From the NCBI GenBank assembly GCA_045542555.1, contig JAZQLH010000029.1:122-64121 (forward strand): a stretch of DNA of 64,000 nt, written 5' to 3'. The stretch's first letter is position 1. Each line of letters starts with the position of its first letter. The notes under the pieces were generated by a model. The model saw only the letters and a list, made by a program, of their open reading frames with translations, made no database searches and had not been told where the DNA came from. A program made the position numbers and the translations under genes. Origin of the DNA: Acetatifactor sp. (GTDB lineage: Bacteria > Bacillota > Clostridia > Lachnospirales > Lachnospiraceae). Below, piece by piece: positions 26,448 through 36,217 of this stretch.

Positions 26448-26471
26448 AGCGGCACCTCCAAACTTTTGGCA

Positions 26472-26688
26472 GGTTCCAATTGGTTTGTTTGTGGTAGGGC
26501 ATTCTATCTTATCGATTGAGGCGCTTTATATCCTATCACGGAACGTTCCCACTCCGTGAAAAACGCAGCGGTACATAGGGTTGCAAAGTACGCAACCCAA
26601 ATACCGGCGTTTTTCAAGGTCCCGTGAGTAGGACATAAAGCGCCTAATCGATGACATATATACTCAGCACAAATAAACCAATTGGAAC
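26472..26688. repeat. Long intergenic hairpin element, copy A (about 217 bp, nested inverted repeats)
   Basis: Outer arms 26472-26493 and 26668-26688. Inner arms start at ATCGATTGAGGCGCTTTA (26511) and end at TAAAGCGCCTAATCGAT (26652). Central hairpin GGGTTGC-aaagtac-GCAACCC. The 142-bp core is about 90 percent identical to 48435-48576. Confidence 0.85.
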
Positions 26689-26733
26689 TTTAATAAAGTA
26701 TATGAAGGCCGCTTGAAAATAGACCTAAACAAA

Positions 26734-26973
26734 TTATATATACCGGAAGAGTTCTTTGGCTTCTTCTTTGCGGACTGTTTCTTGGACGTCAAGGACTTCA
26801 ACCTTTACTTCTTTGTTGCCGAAGGAGATGGTGATGATGTCTCCTTCTTTTACATTTGTGGAAGCCTTAGCCGGCTTGTCGTTAATCATGACTCTGCCGC
26901 TGTCGCAGGCCTCGTTAGCCACGGTACGGCGCTTAATTAATCTTGATACCTTTAAATATTTATCTAATCTCAT
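26734..26973 (-). CDS. S4-domain RNA-binding protein (YabO/Hsp15-like)
   Basis: MRLDKYLKVSRLIKRRTVANEACDSGRVMINDKPAK is an S4 domain. I prefer ATG 26973 (RBS GAGGAGAG) to the track start at 27078. Confidence 0.85.
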   Translation of the reverse strand: MRLDKYLKVSRLIKRRTVANEACDSGRVMINDKPAKASTNVKEGDIITISFGNKEVKVEVLDVQETVRKEEAKELFRYI

Positions 26974-27029
26974 GTTTTCTCTCCTCATATGAATTGGAAT
27001 TTGAGCATTCATATCGCATAGCTTAAAAG

Positions 27030-27701
27030 CTATTTTATGGCGACAATTACTGAAAACTTCTGATAAGAATACACACATTTAATCGTCTTAAATTTACTCT
27101 TACGAAGCATTTCGATTTCTTCATCAACAGAACATTCTCTATCTAATTTTTTTCGCTCTTTCCATAATTCTATATCATGTTCGGTCAATCCGCTCTTTGC
27201 CAATTGATTTTCCCAATACGAATTAAACCATTCATTCATTTCATCCTGTCCGGCACAAAACTGGTCATAGTTTACAAATAAACCACCACTCGGCAATTTA
27301 TCATAAATTTGTGTAAATAGTTTCTGCTTATCCTCATTCTCCAAGTGATGAATTGACAAAGCAGAAGCAATTACATCAAAATCTCCGTTCGGAAGTCCTT
27401 TGGAATAATCCAACACTTGATAAGATATACTGTCTATACCAGCAAATCTCTTACGAGCAACATTCAACATTTCATCTGCTATATCTGCTAGTACATATTC
27501 TGCCGATGAACACTGTTGATACCAAAAATAAGACAATAATCCTGTTCCGGCACCCAAATCTAAAACTCGTTTTGGTTTTTCAATATTTGAAACAATAAAC
27601 TTTGTTGTATTTTCGTAATAATCATCAAAACAAGGTATAAATTTCTTTCGATTAGCATCATATTCTTGTGCCACGAAATTGAATTGTTCTTTTATATTCA
27701 T
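27030..27701 (-). CDS. Class I SAM-dependent methyltransferase
   Basis: SAM-binding motif VLDLGAGTGLLS. I prefer ATG 27701 (RBS AAGGAG). Confidence 0.8.
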   Translation of the reverse strand: MNIKEQFNFVAQEYDANRKKFIPCFDDYYENTTKFIVSNIEKPKRVLDLGAGTGLLSYFWYQQCSSAEYVLADIADEMLNVARKRFAGIDSISYQVLDYSKGLPNGDFDVIASALSIHHLENEDKQKLFTQIYDKLPSGGLFVNYDQFCAGQDEMNEWFNSYWENQLAKSGLTEHDIELWKERKKLDRECSVDEEIEMLRKSKFKTIKCVYSYQKFSVIVAIK

Positions 27702-27925
27702 TTTTAACCGCTCCTTACCACAAAGAAAACATAATAATCTAACATACAAATTGAAATTCGTCTATATTATATCTTTTCCACATTAGAAACACAATTCCCA
27801 AAAAGGGGTTAGCTACAAACCTTTGCCATTTCACCTTGAAAATAAGACTATATCTTCTTTTTTCCCATTTTAGTCCTACTTTTTAGCTCCTGCCGCAATT
27901 AAAGGCTTCCTGAATCTTGCAAATC

Positions 27926-27956
27926 AAAAAGGAGAACCTTATTACAGGTTCTCCTT
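27926..27956 (-). terminator. Rho-independent terminator after the HU gene
   Basis: On the minus strand, AAGGAGAACC-tgtaataa-GGTTCTCCTT followed by TTTTGATTT. Confidence 0.7.
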
Positions 27957-27978
27957 GTCATGTGTAAGCTTAAAGCAA

Positions 27979-28254
27979 TTATGCGTTCAGCATATCCTTC
28001 AGAGCCTTACCGCCCTTGAACTTGGGAGACTTAGAAGCTGCAATCTTCATAGCCTTACCGGTCTGGGGATTTCTGCCCTCTCTAGCTGCTCTCTCGGATA
28101 CCTCGAAAGTACCGAAACCAACAAGCTGAACCTTGCCACCCTTCTTCAACTCATCTGCTACTACATCAGTGAAAGCCTTCAGAGCCTTCTCTGCGTCCTT
28201 CTTGGAAAGACCAGCCTGGTCAGCCATAGCTGCAATCAATTCTGTCTTGTTCAT
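27979..28254 (-). CDS. hup: DNA-binding protein HU
   Basis: MNKTELIAAMADQAGLSKKDAEKALKAF...GFGTFEVSERAAREGRNPQTGKAMKI. Start ATG 28254. Confidence 0.95.
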   Translation of the reverse strand: MNKTELIAAMADQAGLSKKDAEKALKAFTDVVADELKKGGKVQLVGFGTFEVSERAAREGRNPQTGKAMKIAASKSPKFKGGKALKDMLNA

Positions 28255-28391
28255 TTTGAACTCCTCCTGTATAGGTTTTTTCTTTTTTGCGTTACATATG
28301 TTGTATTGCATAGTAGATGTCTCTTTTGAAACGTCTATACATATATATATCCGTTTTTTAGCGGTTTGTCAAGGATTTCCGCTATTTTTTC

Positions 28392-29099
28392 CTAATTTGT
28401 GGCCTCGTAATACTCTATTATAGCTTCTATTCTGTCTGTAAGAATTTGTTCCGGGTATAATTTGCATGTTCGAGACACCCCGGCAAGCGCTAGCAAAGCA
28501 TCTCCTACCTGCTTGGAAATGTCCTGACTATAGTCGCAGGGTTCACAACCCTTCAAGGCTTGGCAGGCTGTCTCCAAAGCCGCCACACAGGTTTTATAAT
28601 CCTGCCCGGGTTCATAATGCTTGTCCGCTTTTTTTAACACCTTCGTTGCTCTTGCCAGCGACGGAAGCTCCGCAGGAATCTCCCGAAGAGGCGTTACAGG
28701 CTGTGTTTTTCCGGACTTTTCTTTTTTCTTAATCTCTTCCCAGTTCTCAAGCACCTGTCCGGATCCGCTTACCTTAAGCTCTCCAAATACATGGGGATGT
28801 CGGCGGACCATTTTGGCTGCTACCTCGTCAATCACGTCTTCTATGGTAAAAAGGCCTTCTTCCTTAGCAATCTGGGCATGCATTACCACCTGAAGCAGCA
28901 CATCTCCCAGTTCCTCCCGCAAATTGGTATAATCTCCTGTTTCGTCATAGAGGCGGATGCCGGCCATAACCTCTGCCGCCTCTTCCATCATACAGGGACG
29001 CAGACTCATATGGGTCTGCTCCTTGTCCCAAGGGCACCCGTTTTCACTGCGAAGTGTGGCTATTATTTCCAAAAAATCTTCATATGAGTATTTTTTCAT
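28392..29099 (-). CDS. mazG: MazG-family nucleoside triphosphate pyrophosphohydrolase
   Basis: CPWDKEQTHMSLRPCMMEEAAEV and EELGDVLLQV are MazG motifs. It occupies the yabN position in the conserved cluster. Confidence 0.85.
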   Translation of the reverse strand: MKKYSYEDFLEIIATLRSENGCPWDKEQTHMSLRPCMMEEAAEVMAGIRLYDETGDYTNLREELGDVLLQVVMHAQIAKEEGLFTIEDVIDEVAAKMVRRHPHVFGELKVSGSGQVLENWEEIKKKEKSGKTQPVTPLREIPAELPSLARATKVLKKADKHYEPGQDYKTCVAALETACQALKGCEPCDYSQDISKQVGDALLALAGVSRTCKLYPEQILTDRIEAIIEYYEATN

Positions 29100-29101
29100 C
29101 C

Positions 29102-30430
29102 TTAATCCTCCGAAACGTCTCCCGAGGAGACCTCCTCTCCACTCTCCGGCACAAGCTCTGTAAAAGAGAAGCTGATGTCCTTTTCTTCACTGTCCACCTG
29201 AATGGTATAACTTCGGGTGGTATAACCGGACTTTCTAAGGGTTACCACATGGGCCCCCGCAGTCTTCTTAAAGGAACAGGGCGCAATGCCCACATAATTA
29301 CCATTCAAGTACACTTCTGCACCTTCTGGTGAATCAATATGAACCTTGTAGGAATTGGAAGATACGTCCGTTATTTCTTCATCCTTATCCTCTTCATCAG
29401 CATCTGTTGCCTTCTCTAACACCACATTCACGCCTGCAGAAGCCTGTCCCACACGAATGTATTGCGTGATAGACTTGTAACCGTCAGCCTTTACAATCAA
29501 TTGATGAATACCGTACTCCAGCGTCACAGGACCGGAAGGATCCGTCTGTGTTCCGTCCACATATAAGGTAGCATCGGAAGGACTTAAAGAGAACAGTACC
29601 ATACCTGTCTGAACCTCCGCCACCTCCAAATCTCCAATGTCCAAAGAAGCTTCCTCATTGCGGTTGATAACTACATCCTTCACTCCACCGCCTCCCCGGT
29701 GGCTGATGGTCACCTGATAGCTGCCCTCCGGCACAACCAGAAGCATATCCTCAGTGATACGCTGTATTGCCAGCTGGCCGATTTCAATCCAGCCACCCAC
29801 AAAATTTTCATCATTAATAAGACGCAGATATCCGTGCCCCTTATCCACACTGACGCTAAGTATCTGATTATCAATCCCCTGAAAACTGAGCACATCCAAG
29901 GCATTAATATCCATAGCTTCAATGGGTTGTCCGTCAGACAAATAACGGGTATTCTCCGTAAGCGTGTAAACATCCTCACCAATGATAACCTCGCCCTTTG
30001 CATGATTCATCTCATAGCGGGCCACCTCTTCATTTTTCCAGGCCTGTTTTGACAGCATCATATTGGTAAGATGCTTGGTATCCTTTAAGAAGGTCACATC
30101 TACAATGTCCCCTGCCGCAATCTGCTTTAAGGAAATACTCTCACCATATTTGTCGGCAAACCCGGTGGTACCGTCATAGGAAAGAGTATATTCCCTTCCT
30201 CTGTTAAGATTTAGAAGTGTGACCGTCTTGGCTGTTTCATCAGTTTTTACCACCACTGCCGTATCTGCAGAGTCATAGCTGTCAGGTCCGGGCGCCTCAT
30301 ATCCGATATCAGGCTTGGTCTCCTTACTTTGACTCTCCTGTGCGCTCTCCGGCATACAGGCAATCAAGCCCAAAATTGCCGGAAGCAACAGACTCATTAT
30401 TAAAAACTTTTTGTCTCTTGTAGTTTTCAC
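29102..30430 (-). CDS. PEGA-domain lipoprotein
   Basis: Lipobox LIAC. Two C-terminal PEGA-like units (SPSDATLYVDG.., SPEGAEVYLNGNYVGIAP). Confidence 0.7.
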   Translation of the reverse strand: MKTTRDKKFLIMSLLLPAILGLIACMPESAQESQSKETKPDIGYEAPGPDSYDSADTAVVVKTDETAKTVTLLNLNRGREYTLSYDGTTGFADKYGESISLKQIAAGDIVDVTFLKDTKHLTNMMLSKQAWKNEEVARYEMNHAKGEVIIGEDVYTLTENTRYLSDGQPIEAMDINALDVLSFQGIDNQILSVSVDKGHGYLRLINDENFVGGWIEIGQLAIQRITEDMLLVVPEGSYQVTISHRGGGGVKDVVINRNEEASLDIGDLEVAEVQTGMVLFSLSPSDATLYVDGTQTDPSGPVTLEYGIHQLIVKADGYKSITQYIRVGQASAGVNVVLEKATDADEEDKDEEITDVSSNSYKVHIDSPEGAEVYLNGNYVGIAPCSFKKTAGAHVVTLRKSGYTTRSYTIQVDSEEKDISFSFTELVPESGEEVSSGDVSED

Positions 30431-30446
30431 TGAAATTCCTCATCCT

Positions 30447-31469
30447 TTACATAGTACGAAACAATTCATCTAACAATTGTTGCTTGACAGGCTCCTGTTC
30501 CACCAGCTTCTCCAACTTTTCCAGATTACGCCCGGGTATCCACGCCTTACCTGAATTATAATAGAAATTAGCGATTTTCCAGAATTTCTCAGGATATGCC
30601 AAACGATAATACAGGTCAATTCTACTGACGGCTGAAAGCGGCCGCTGCATCTCATAAGCTGTAAGCAAATCTCTGCCCAACGCTACGGACCAATTGCTCT
30701 TTTCCAAAAGCTTTCGCATGAACAGATACAAATCCCGCACCGGATCGTCCTGAACACATTTTTCAAAATTAATAATAAACCAGCCCTGATTGGTCTTAAG
30801 AAGATTGTGATACTGATAATCTCCGTGACAATATGTAATTTGGGGGTTCTTAGACTCTCTTTCAAGACGAATCCGCTCATATTCTTCCCATTGTGCAGTC
30901 ACATCTAAAGCCTGCTCCAGAAAAAAATCAAAATACTGCTGAAGCTGAATCTCAAACCAACTCTTTTGACTGCGTTGCTTTAAAAACTTACGGACTTTTT
31001 TTAGTTCCCGGTTGCGTTTCTCATACTCCTTGCCGGGAGAATTTATATAGCTCATCCCTCCGCATACAGCATCTGTGGAAAACGCCTTGGGTATCTTTTC
31101 AAACTCCATACAAGAATGGAGTTTTGCCAGAAGTTTTACCGCCTCCAGACACTCCGCACAGTCGTTGATATTACACTCTCTGCCTTCGACATAAGTTTTT
31201 AAAAGATACTTTACACCATCATAATCCTTTACATACAAGTTGCCTTCCTTGGTGGGCAAAATGCATTCCGCCTGCACACGGTCTGTCTGTTGAAGGTGTG
31301 TAAGCAGCATGTTTGTGGCGGTAAGCTTCTCCTCATTTCCCGCATATTCCTTAAAAATCAGGCATCCCCGGGATGTCTCGCAGAGAATCGCTCCTCTCCC
31401 CTTACGGGTTTTATACACCTCTACATCATACTGTTCCAGTAAATTAACTGCTCTGTCATTCACCCTCAT
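30447..31469 (-). CDS. CotS-family spore coat protein / phosphotransferase-fold kinase
   Basis: 340 aa with kinase-like catalytic motif CHGDYQYHNLL. CotS/YtaA-type N-terminus. Confidence 0.7.
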   Translation of the reverse strand: MRVNDRAVNLLEQYDVEVYKTRKGRGAILCETSRGCLIFKEYAGNEEKLTATNMLLTHLQQTDRVQAECILPTKEGNLYVKDYDGVKYLLKTYVEGRECNINDCAECLEAVKLLAKLHSCMEFEKIPKAFSTDAVCGGMSYINSPGKEYEKRNRELKKVRKFLKQRSQKSWFEIQLQQYFDFFLEQALDVTAQWEEYERIRLERESKNPQITYCHGDYQYHNLLKTNQGWFIINFEKCVQDDPVRDLYLFMRKLLEKSNWSVALGRDLLTAYEMQRPLSAVSRIDLYYRLAYPEKFWKIANFYYNSGKAWIPGRNLEKLEKLVEQEPVKQQLLDELFRTM

Positions 31470-31526
31470 ATCCTCCTGACATCAATGCTAATCTACTTTA
31501 TGAAACAGCTTTTGAAATTATGCACT

Positions 31527-32876
31527 TTATCTCAATTGAAGCTCCTGCAAAAGATATTCTTTAGTATTGCACTCCGGATTTTCCAAAACTATGGCCAAAA
31601 GTTCATTTAATATCTGACCTAACTGGGGCCCGGGTTTATACCCTTCCGCAATCAAATCCTTACCGGTAATGGCCAAATCTTTTAAAGATACACACTGCTT
31701 CTTGTCCATAACCTCATGGTAAATCTGTTCCCACGCATCTACCTGATCAAGCTTTTCCTGACGCATATAATCACTCTGGGCCAGCACGTCCGCACGCTTT
31801 ACAGGGAACAGGAAAGGAAACATTTCCTCCCCCACACGATTGATGGCGCGGCGCACAATACGCATGTCAGGAACAACAGAATTACCGTAATCGTGATACA
31901 TTACCAGCTTACAAACTTTATTGATGGTATCATTGTCAAAACGAAGTCTGCGCAAAATTTTTGCAGTCATCTCCTCGCCCACCACATGATGGTCATAGAA
32001 ATGATTAATACCTTCCGCATCGGTAGATATGGTGGCAGGCTTACCAATATCATGAAAGAGCATGGTAAGGCGTAAAATCCTGTCAGGCTCTATCTTGTCC
32101 AACGAATGCAGGACATGCTCACCCACACTATACATATGATGAGGATGGTTCTGAGGGGTCTCCATACACATGTCAAATTCCGGCAAAATCACCTTGGTAA
32201 TGCCCATCTCATAGGCATAACGCAGATAATCCGGATTGGGAGACACCAAAAGCTTTTCAAGTTCCACTCGGATACGCTCTGCACTAATGGCCTCCAAGGT
32301 AGGTGCAAGCTCCTTAATCGCCTCGCAGGTCTCCTCCTCAATGGTATAGCCAAGCTGCGCAGAAAAACGGATTGCACGCATAATACGCAGGGCATCCTCC
32401 CCGAAACGCTCTCTTGCATTGCCCACACAGCGGATCATTTTCCGCTCAATATCCTCCAGACCGCCAAACACATCCACAAGACCTGTCTCATTATTGTAGG
32501 CCATGGCATTGATGGTAAAGTCTCTGCGGCGCAAATCCTCTGTCAGATTGGGTGTGAAGGTAACCTCCTTGGGATGACGGCTATCCTCATACTTACCGTC
32601 AATACGATAGGTAGTCACCTCAAAGCCCTCTTTTTCCAACATAACTGTCACAGTTCCATGCTGAATGCCGGTGTCAATGGTGCGGGCAAAAAGTGCTTTC
32701 ACCTGCTCAGGCTTGGCTGAAGTGGTAATGTCCCAGTCCTCCGGCTCTCTTCCCAGAATGGAATCGCGCACGCAGCCGCCCACCACATAGGCTTCAAAGC
32801 CTGCTGCCATGATAGTTTTGATGATGTATTCTGCTTTCTTGGGTATGATAATCTGTACTCTATTTGCTTCTCTCAC
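31527..32876 (-). CDS. cca: CCA-adding tRNA nucleotidyltransferase with HD domain
   Basis: GGCVRDSILGREPEDWDITT is a Pol-beta head motif. Also contains RRDFTINA, and an HD motif LFHDIGK. Confidence 0.9.
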   Translation of the reverse strand: MREANRVQIIIPKKAEYIIKTIMAAGFEAYVVGGCVRDSILGREPEDWDITTSAKPEQVKALFARTIDTGIQHGTVTVMLEKEGFEVTTYRIDGKYEDSRHPKEVTFTPNLTEDLRRRDFTINAMAYNNETGLVDVFGGLEDIERKMIRCVGNARERFGEDALRIMRAIRFSAQLGYTIEEETCEAIKELAPTLEAISAERIRVELEKLLVSPNPDYLRYAYEMGITKVILPEFDMCMETPQNHPHHMYSVGEHVLHSLDKIEPDRILRLTMLFHDIGKPATISTDAEGINHFYDHHVVGEEMTAKILRRLRFDNDTINKVCKLVMYHDYGNSVVPDMRIVRRAINRVGEEMFPFLFPVKRADVLAQSDYMRQEKLDQVDAWEQIYHEVMDKKQCVSLKDLAITGKDLIAEGYKPGPQLGQILNELLAIVLENPECNTKEYLLQELQLR

Positions 32877-32891
32877 ACAAAATCTCCTGCA

Positions 32892-33719
32892 TTATCTCCA
32901 AATAAACGCCTCCATCACCTCTACCAGACCGTCTTCGTCATTGGTACCGGTGATATAATCGGCCACTTCCTTCACTGCCGGCTGGGCATTGCCCATGGCC
33001 ACACCCACCCCTGCATATTTTATCATGGAAATGTCATTAAATCCATCCCCACAACAAATGGCATTTTCACGAGTCAGACCCACGCTTTCCAGCATCCTGT
33101 CCAGAGAACTGGCCTTGTCCACATTCTGAGGCATAATCTCGATAAAAAAGGGTTCCGAACGATATACGCTCAAAACATCGCCGTATTTGGCTGCAAGCTC
33201 CTTCTCAAGCGCTTCTGCACGCTCAGGTGGTGCAGTCACAATACATTTATTGATATCAAAATCCACATAATCTTTGAAATTATTTACAACCTTAACATCC
33301 ATGCCGTTGATACGGGATTCCAGCTCCACATACTCATCAGGCTCAAAAGCTGAGATGATTCTGTCTCCAAAATAAGTCACAAGACCACACTGATTGTCTC
33401 TGGCAAAAGCATAGAGACCGGGAATGATGTTCAAAGGCAAAGTCCTTTGATAAACAATCTCACCGGTTCGGCATTCAATAATACGTCCCCCGTTAAAGGA
33501 CAAAAGATACCCACCATATTTTTCAAGCTCCAGCTCCTTTTCATAACGACGCATACCCGGCGTAGGGCGGCCGGAAGCCAGAATTACCTTGTGACCTCTT
33601 TTTAAAGTCTCCTGAATGCCCTTTTTGGTTTCAGGGGTTATCTCTTTTTGGGAATTGGTTAAAGTTCCATCTATATCCAGAACAAGCACTTTTTCATCCA
33701 TTTTTCTCTCCTGCAACAA
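32892..33719 (-). CDS. Cof-type HAD-IIB phosphatase
   Basis: HAD motif I LDIDGTL and motif IV GDGFNDISM. Confidence 0.85.
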   Translation of the reverse strand: MLQERKMDEKVLVLDIDGTLTNSQKEITPETKKGIQETLKRGHKVILASGRPTPGMRRYEKELELEKYGGYLLSFNGGRIIECRTGEIVYQRTLPLNIIPGLYAFARDNQCGLVTYFGDRIISAFEPDEYVELESRINGMDVKVVNNFKDYVDFDINKCIVTAPPERAEALEKELAAKYGDVLSVYRSEPFFIEIMPQNVDKASSLDRMLESVGLTRENAICCGDGFNDISMIKYAGVGVAMGNAQPAVKEVADYITGTNDEDGLVEVMEAFIWR

Positions 33720-33782
33720 AGACCATCGGAATAACCGATGGTCTCTGTAATTATTTCATTCATTGAATCCGGCAAACCAAGA

Positions 33783-35225
33783 TTACTCGGCAACATCTCC
33801 ACCGGATACGGCAGCTTCTGCTTCAAGCCCCGCTTTAACCTTCAAATAATTCAATTTGCCGTTTGTGTCCTCAACAGTCACATTCTCAGTGAGTGCCTTG
33901 ATATACTCTGCCTGCTTCTGAGAAAGCAAAACATACTCAATATCAGCCTTCCATTCAGGATCACCCTCACCTACATAATACAACACATAAGTGATGCCAT
34001 CCTCAAGCATCATGGAAGTAACATCTCCTGCTACTCTATCCTCGGCAAAAATCCATGCCGACAATTCTTCGCTTAGACCGGATGAAGAAACACCCTCTGT
34101 AAGACCTCCGGTTACAGCTGCGGCACTGTTGATGGTATATGTTTTACAAAGCTCTGCAAAACTCTCCTCTGTTGCTGCACCTGCCTTCCACTCATCCAAA
34201 ATAGCCTGTCCGTTGTCTTCCTGCGTAATAATTACTCTTACATCTGCAGTGGGAGCCTCATTGCGGTAACGCTTGATAAACTCTGCAGCATAACAGGTAT
34301 TGTTGGTCTCATCCACAAGAACAGTGGTATCACCCTGTTTTCTGGCGGTATCAAACAACCAGTCGCCAAGAGCAGATTCAGTCTCATAATAAGTCAGCCC
34401 AATTTTCTCCTCGCCATCCTTACCTAAATCAGCCTCTGCTGCCTCAGCCAGCTTCTTAGCCTCTTCCAGTGCCTTAGCGGTCTCCTCTTCGGTGGGTGCC
34501 TCAGAAGCAAGCTCTGCAGGGAAAGCAGCTACATAATAATCTACACAATCATAATTTTCCTTATTTTCCTCATAGTAAGCGTTAATCTCGTCATCGCCTA
34601 CAGTCATTCCTGCGGAAACCTGCTGGAAATAAGCATTTACACGGGCATTCTCTGCAACAAATACGGAGATTTTTTCCACTGTTGCATAAGGTCCGTAAAC
34701 CTGCTGCACATAAGCCTTGGTGGTAATTCCTGCCGCCTTAGCTGCTTCATCCATGGCAGCCTTGAACTCCTCAACATCAGAGGTGGTGTCAAACTCAAAG
34801 CCTGCTGCATCAGCCTCTGCCTTAAGAGCTTTTGTCTGCTTTAAGTTGTTCACGGTCTCCTCTTCAAAGAAATCCTTCCAGGTTAAATTCTCAGTATACA
34901 TCTGTGTGGACAAATCCTGGGCCGTATTTACACCCATAAGTCCCAGATAACTACTGTACTCATTCACAACATTTCCGTAGTTATAATCAAACTCGACCTG
35001 CGTAATCTCCTCGCCGTTAATGGTTACATAAGCCTCATTACGGCCAAGATAAGAGCGAATGGGGAATGATGCGATAAATGCAACCACTGCCAGCACCATC
35101 AAAACCATAATGGTATTAGTAGTCAGCATCTGCTTTTTTGCTTTCGCCTTTTCTTCCTCACGACGCTGCATTTTTCTATCATACTTGGTCATGACTTTAT
35201 CGTTTTTTACTTCTTTATCAGACAT
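33783..35225 (-). CDS. Membrane-anchored SurA/PrsA-N-terminal-like chaperone-domain protein
   Basis: 480 aa with a basic N-terminus and a single TM segment. Long helical extracytoplasmic region. I saw no clear parvulin signature by eye. Confidence 0.45.
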   Translation of the reverse strand: MSDKEVKNDKVMTKYDRKMQRREEEKAKAKKQMLTTNTIMVLMVLAVVAFIASFPIRSYLGRNEAYVTINGEEITQVEFDYNYGNVVNEYSSYLGLMGVNTAQDLSTQMYTENLTWKDFFEEETVNNLKQTKALKAEADAAGFEFDTTSDVEEFKAAMDEAAKAAGITTKAYVQQVYGPYATVEKISVFVAENARVNAYFQQVSAGMTVGDDEINAYYEENKENYDCVDYYVAAFPAELASEAPTEEETAKALEEAKKLAEAAEADLGKDGEEKIGLTYYETESALGDWLFDTARKQGDTTVLVDETNNTCYAAEFIKRYRNEAPTADVRVIITQEDNGQAILDEWKAGAATEESFAELCKTYTINSAAAVTGGLTEGVSSSGLSEELSAWIFAEDRVAGDVTSMMLEDGITYVLYYVGEGDPEWKADIEYVLLSQKQAEYIKALTENVTVEDTNGKLNYLKVKAGLEAEAAVSGGDVAE

Positions 35226-35322
35226 TTTATTACTTTCTCCTTCCTAAAACTGCTCTGTCAGAGCACGGTATTTTATATTTTATCTTATTTTTTCAGAATT
35301 GAAAAGCTATTTCACACATTTT

Positions 35323-35832
35323 TCAGCATTTCTTTGGAATTCGATGCCCTACAGCCTTGGCACACAACCCTGTAAACAGTCCCGCAATACATCCTGTAAC
35401 CAATAAAATGGGCAGATATACCACTACCCGCACATCCCGCATTACATAGATTGCCACAAGAATCTGGCCGATATTGTGCAAAATAGCTCCCAGCACACTA
35501 CAAAGGGGAATATATTTTTCAGCTAATATTTTCTTCAAAAATAGCATACCTGTCAGGCATAAAAGTGCCCCTGCGCCACTAAACAGTAACGCAGACATGG
35601 TTCCTGCAAAAAAGCTTCCCAAAAGAAGTCTCGCCACCACCAAAGCAGTGACCTCCCCGGGCCTGAAACGATACACACAAACCACTGTAATGATGTTTGC
35701 AAGACCAAGCTTTACCCCGGGAATGGGTACAGGCACCGGCAACCAGGACTCCACCACATATAAAATTAATGCAACCGCCGTTAAAAACGACAGTTCTGTC
35801 ATTTTTCTGACTGTCATTTTCTCACTCCGCAA
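35323..35832 (-). CDS. Gx transporter family membrane protein (Hpre_diP_synt_I-like)
   Basis: 169 aa with 5 TM segments. Motif PGVKLGLANIITV. Clustered with NusG_II and ApbE genes. Confidence 0.65.
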   Translation of the reverse strand: MRSEKMTVRKMTELSFLTAVALILYVVESWLPVPVPIPGVKLGLANIITVVCVYRFRPGEVTALVVARLLLGSFFAGTMSALLFSGAGALLCLTGMLFLKKILAEKYIPLCSVLGAILHNIGQILVAIYVMRDVRVVVYLPILLVTGCIAGLFTGLCAKAVGHRIPKKC

Positions 35833-36217
35833 AACGTATAATCAGTCGGTTAGGCAAACATATTATAGGCATACTCTCCGAATGAAGCTTCCCCATATTT
35901 ACACAGGTTTGGTCAGGACACTGCGCCTCCTGCACCCAAATTTCACCATTTTGAATTTGAATGGTGTTACTGCTGCCATTATATTCTATAGTAAACTCTG
36001 TATCCTTCTCCTTGGATAAATCAATGCTATAAAGCACTTCCCCGTCAGACACAATCTCCACCAATTGATTATCCGAAGGTTTCAAAAGCCATATGCTTAA
36101 GAGCAGTGAAATCAGGAAAATGGTAACCACTACCGCTATCAGCACTTTAGGCGTTTTATTCAGTTCTTCCTCACTATCTTTTGATAATCTCCGCATTCCA
36201 TCCCTCACTGCATACAA
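35822..36217 (-). CDS. NusG domain II-containing (DUF1312-type) protein
   Basis: One TM segment followed by IQNGEIWVQEAQCPDQTCVNMG..PIICLPNRL, typical of this family. Confidence 0.7.
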   Translation of the reverse strand: MYAVRDGMRRLSKDSEEELNKTPKVLIAVVVTIFLISLLLSIWLLKPSDNQLVEIVSDGEVLYSIDLSKEKDTEFTIEYNGSSNTIQIQNGEIWVQEAQCPDQTCVNMGKLHSESMPIICLPNRLIIRFAE

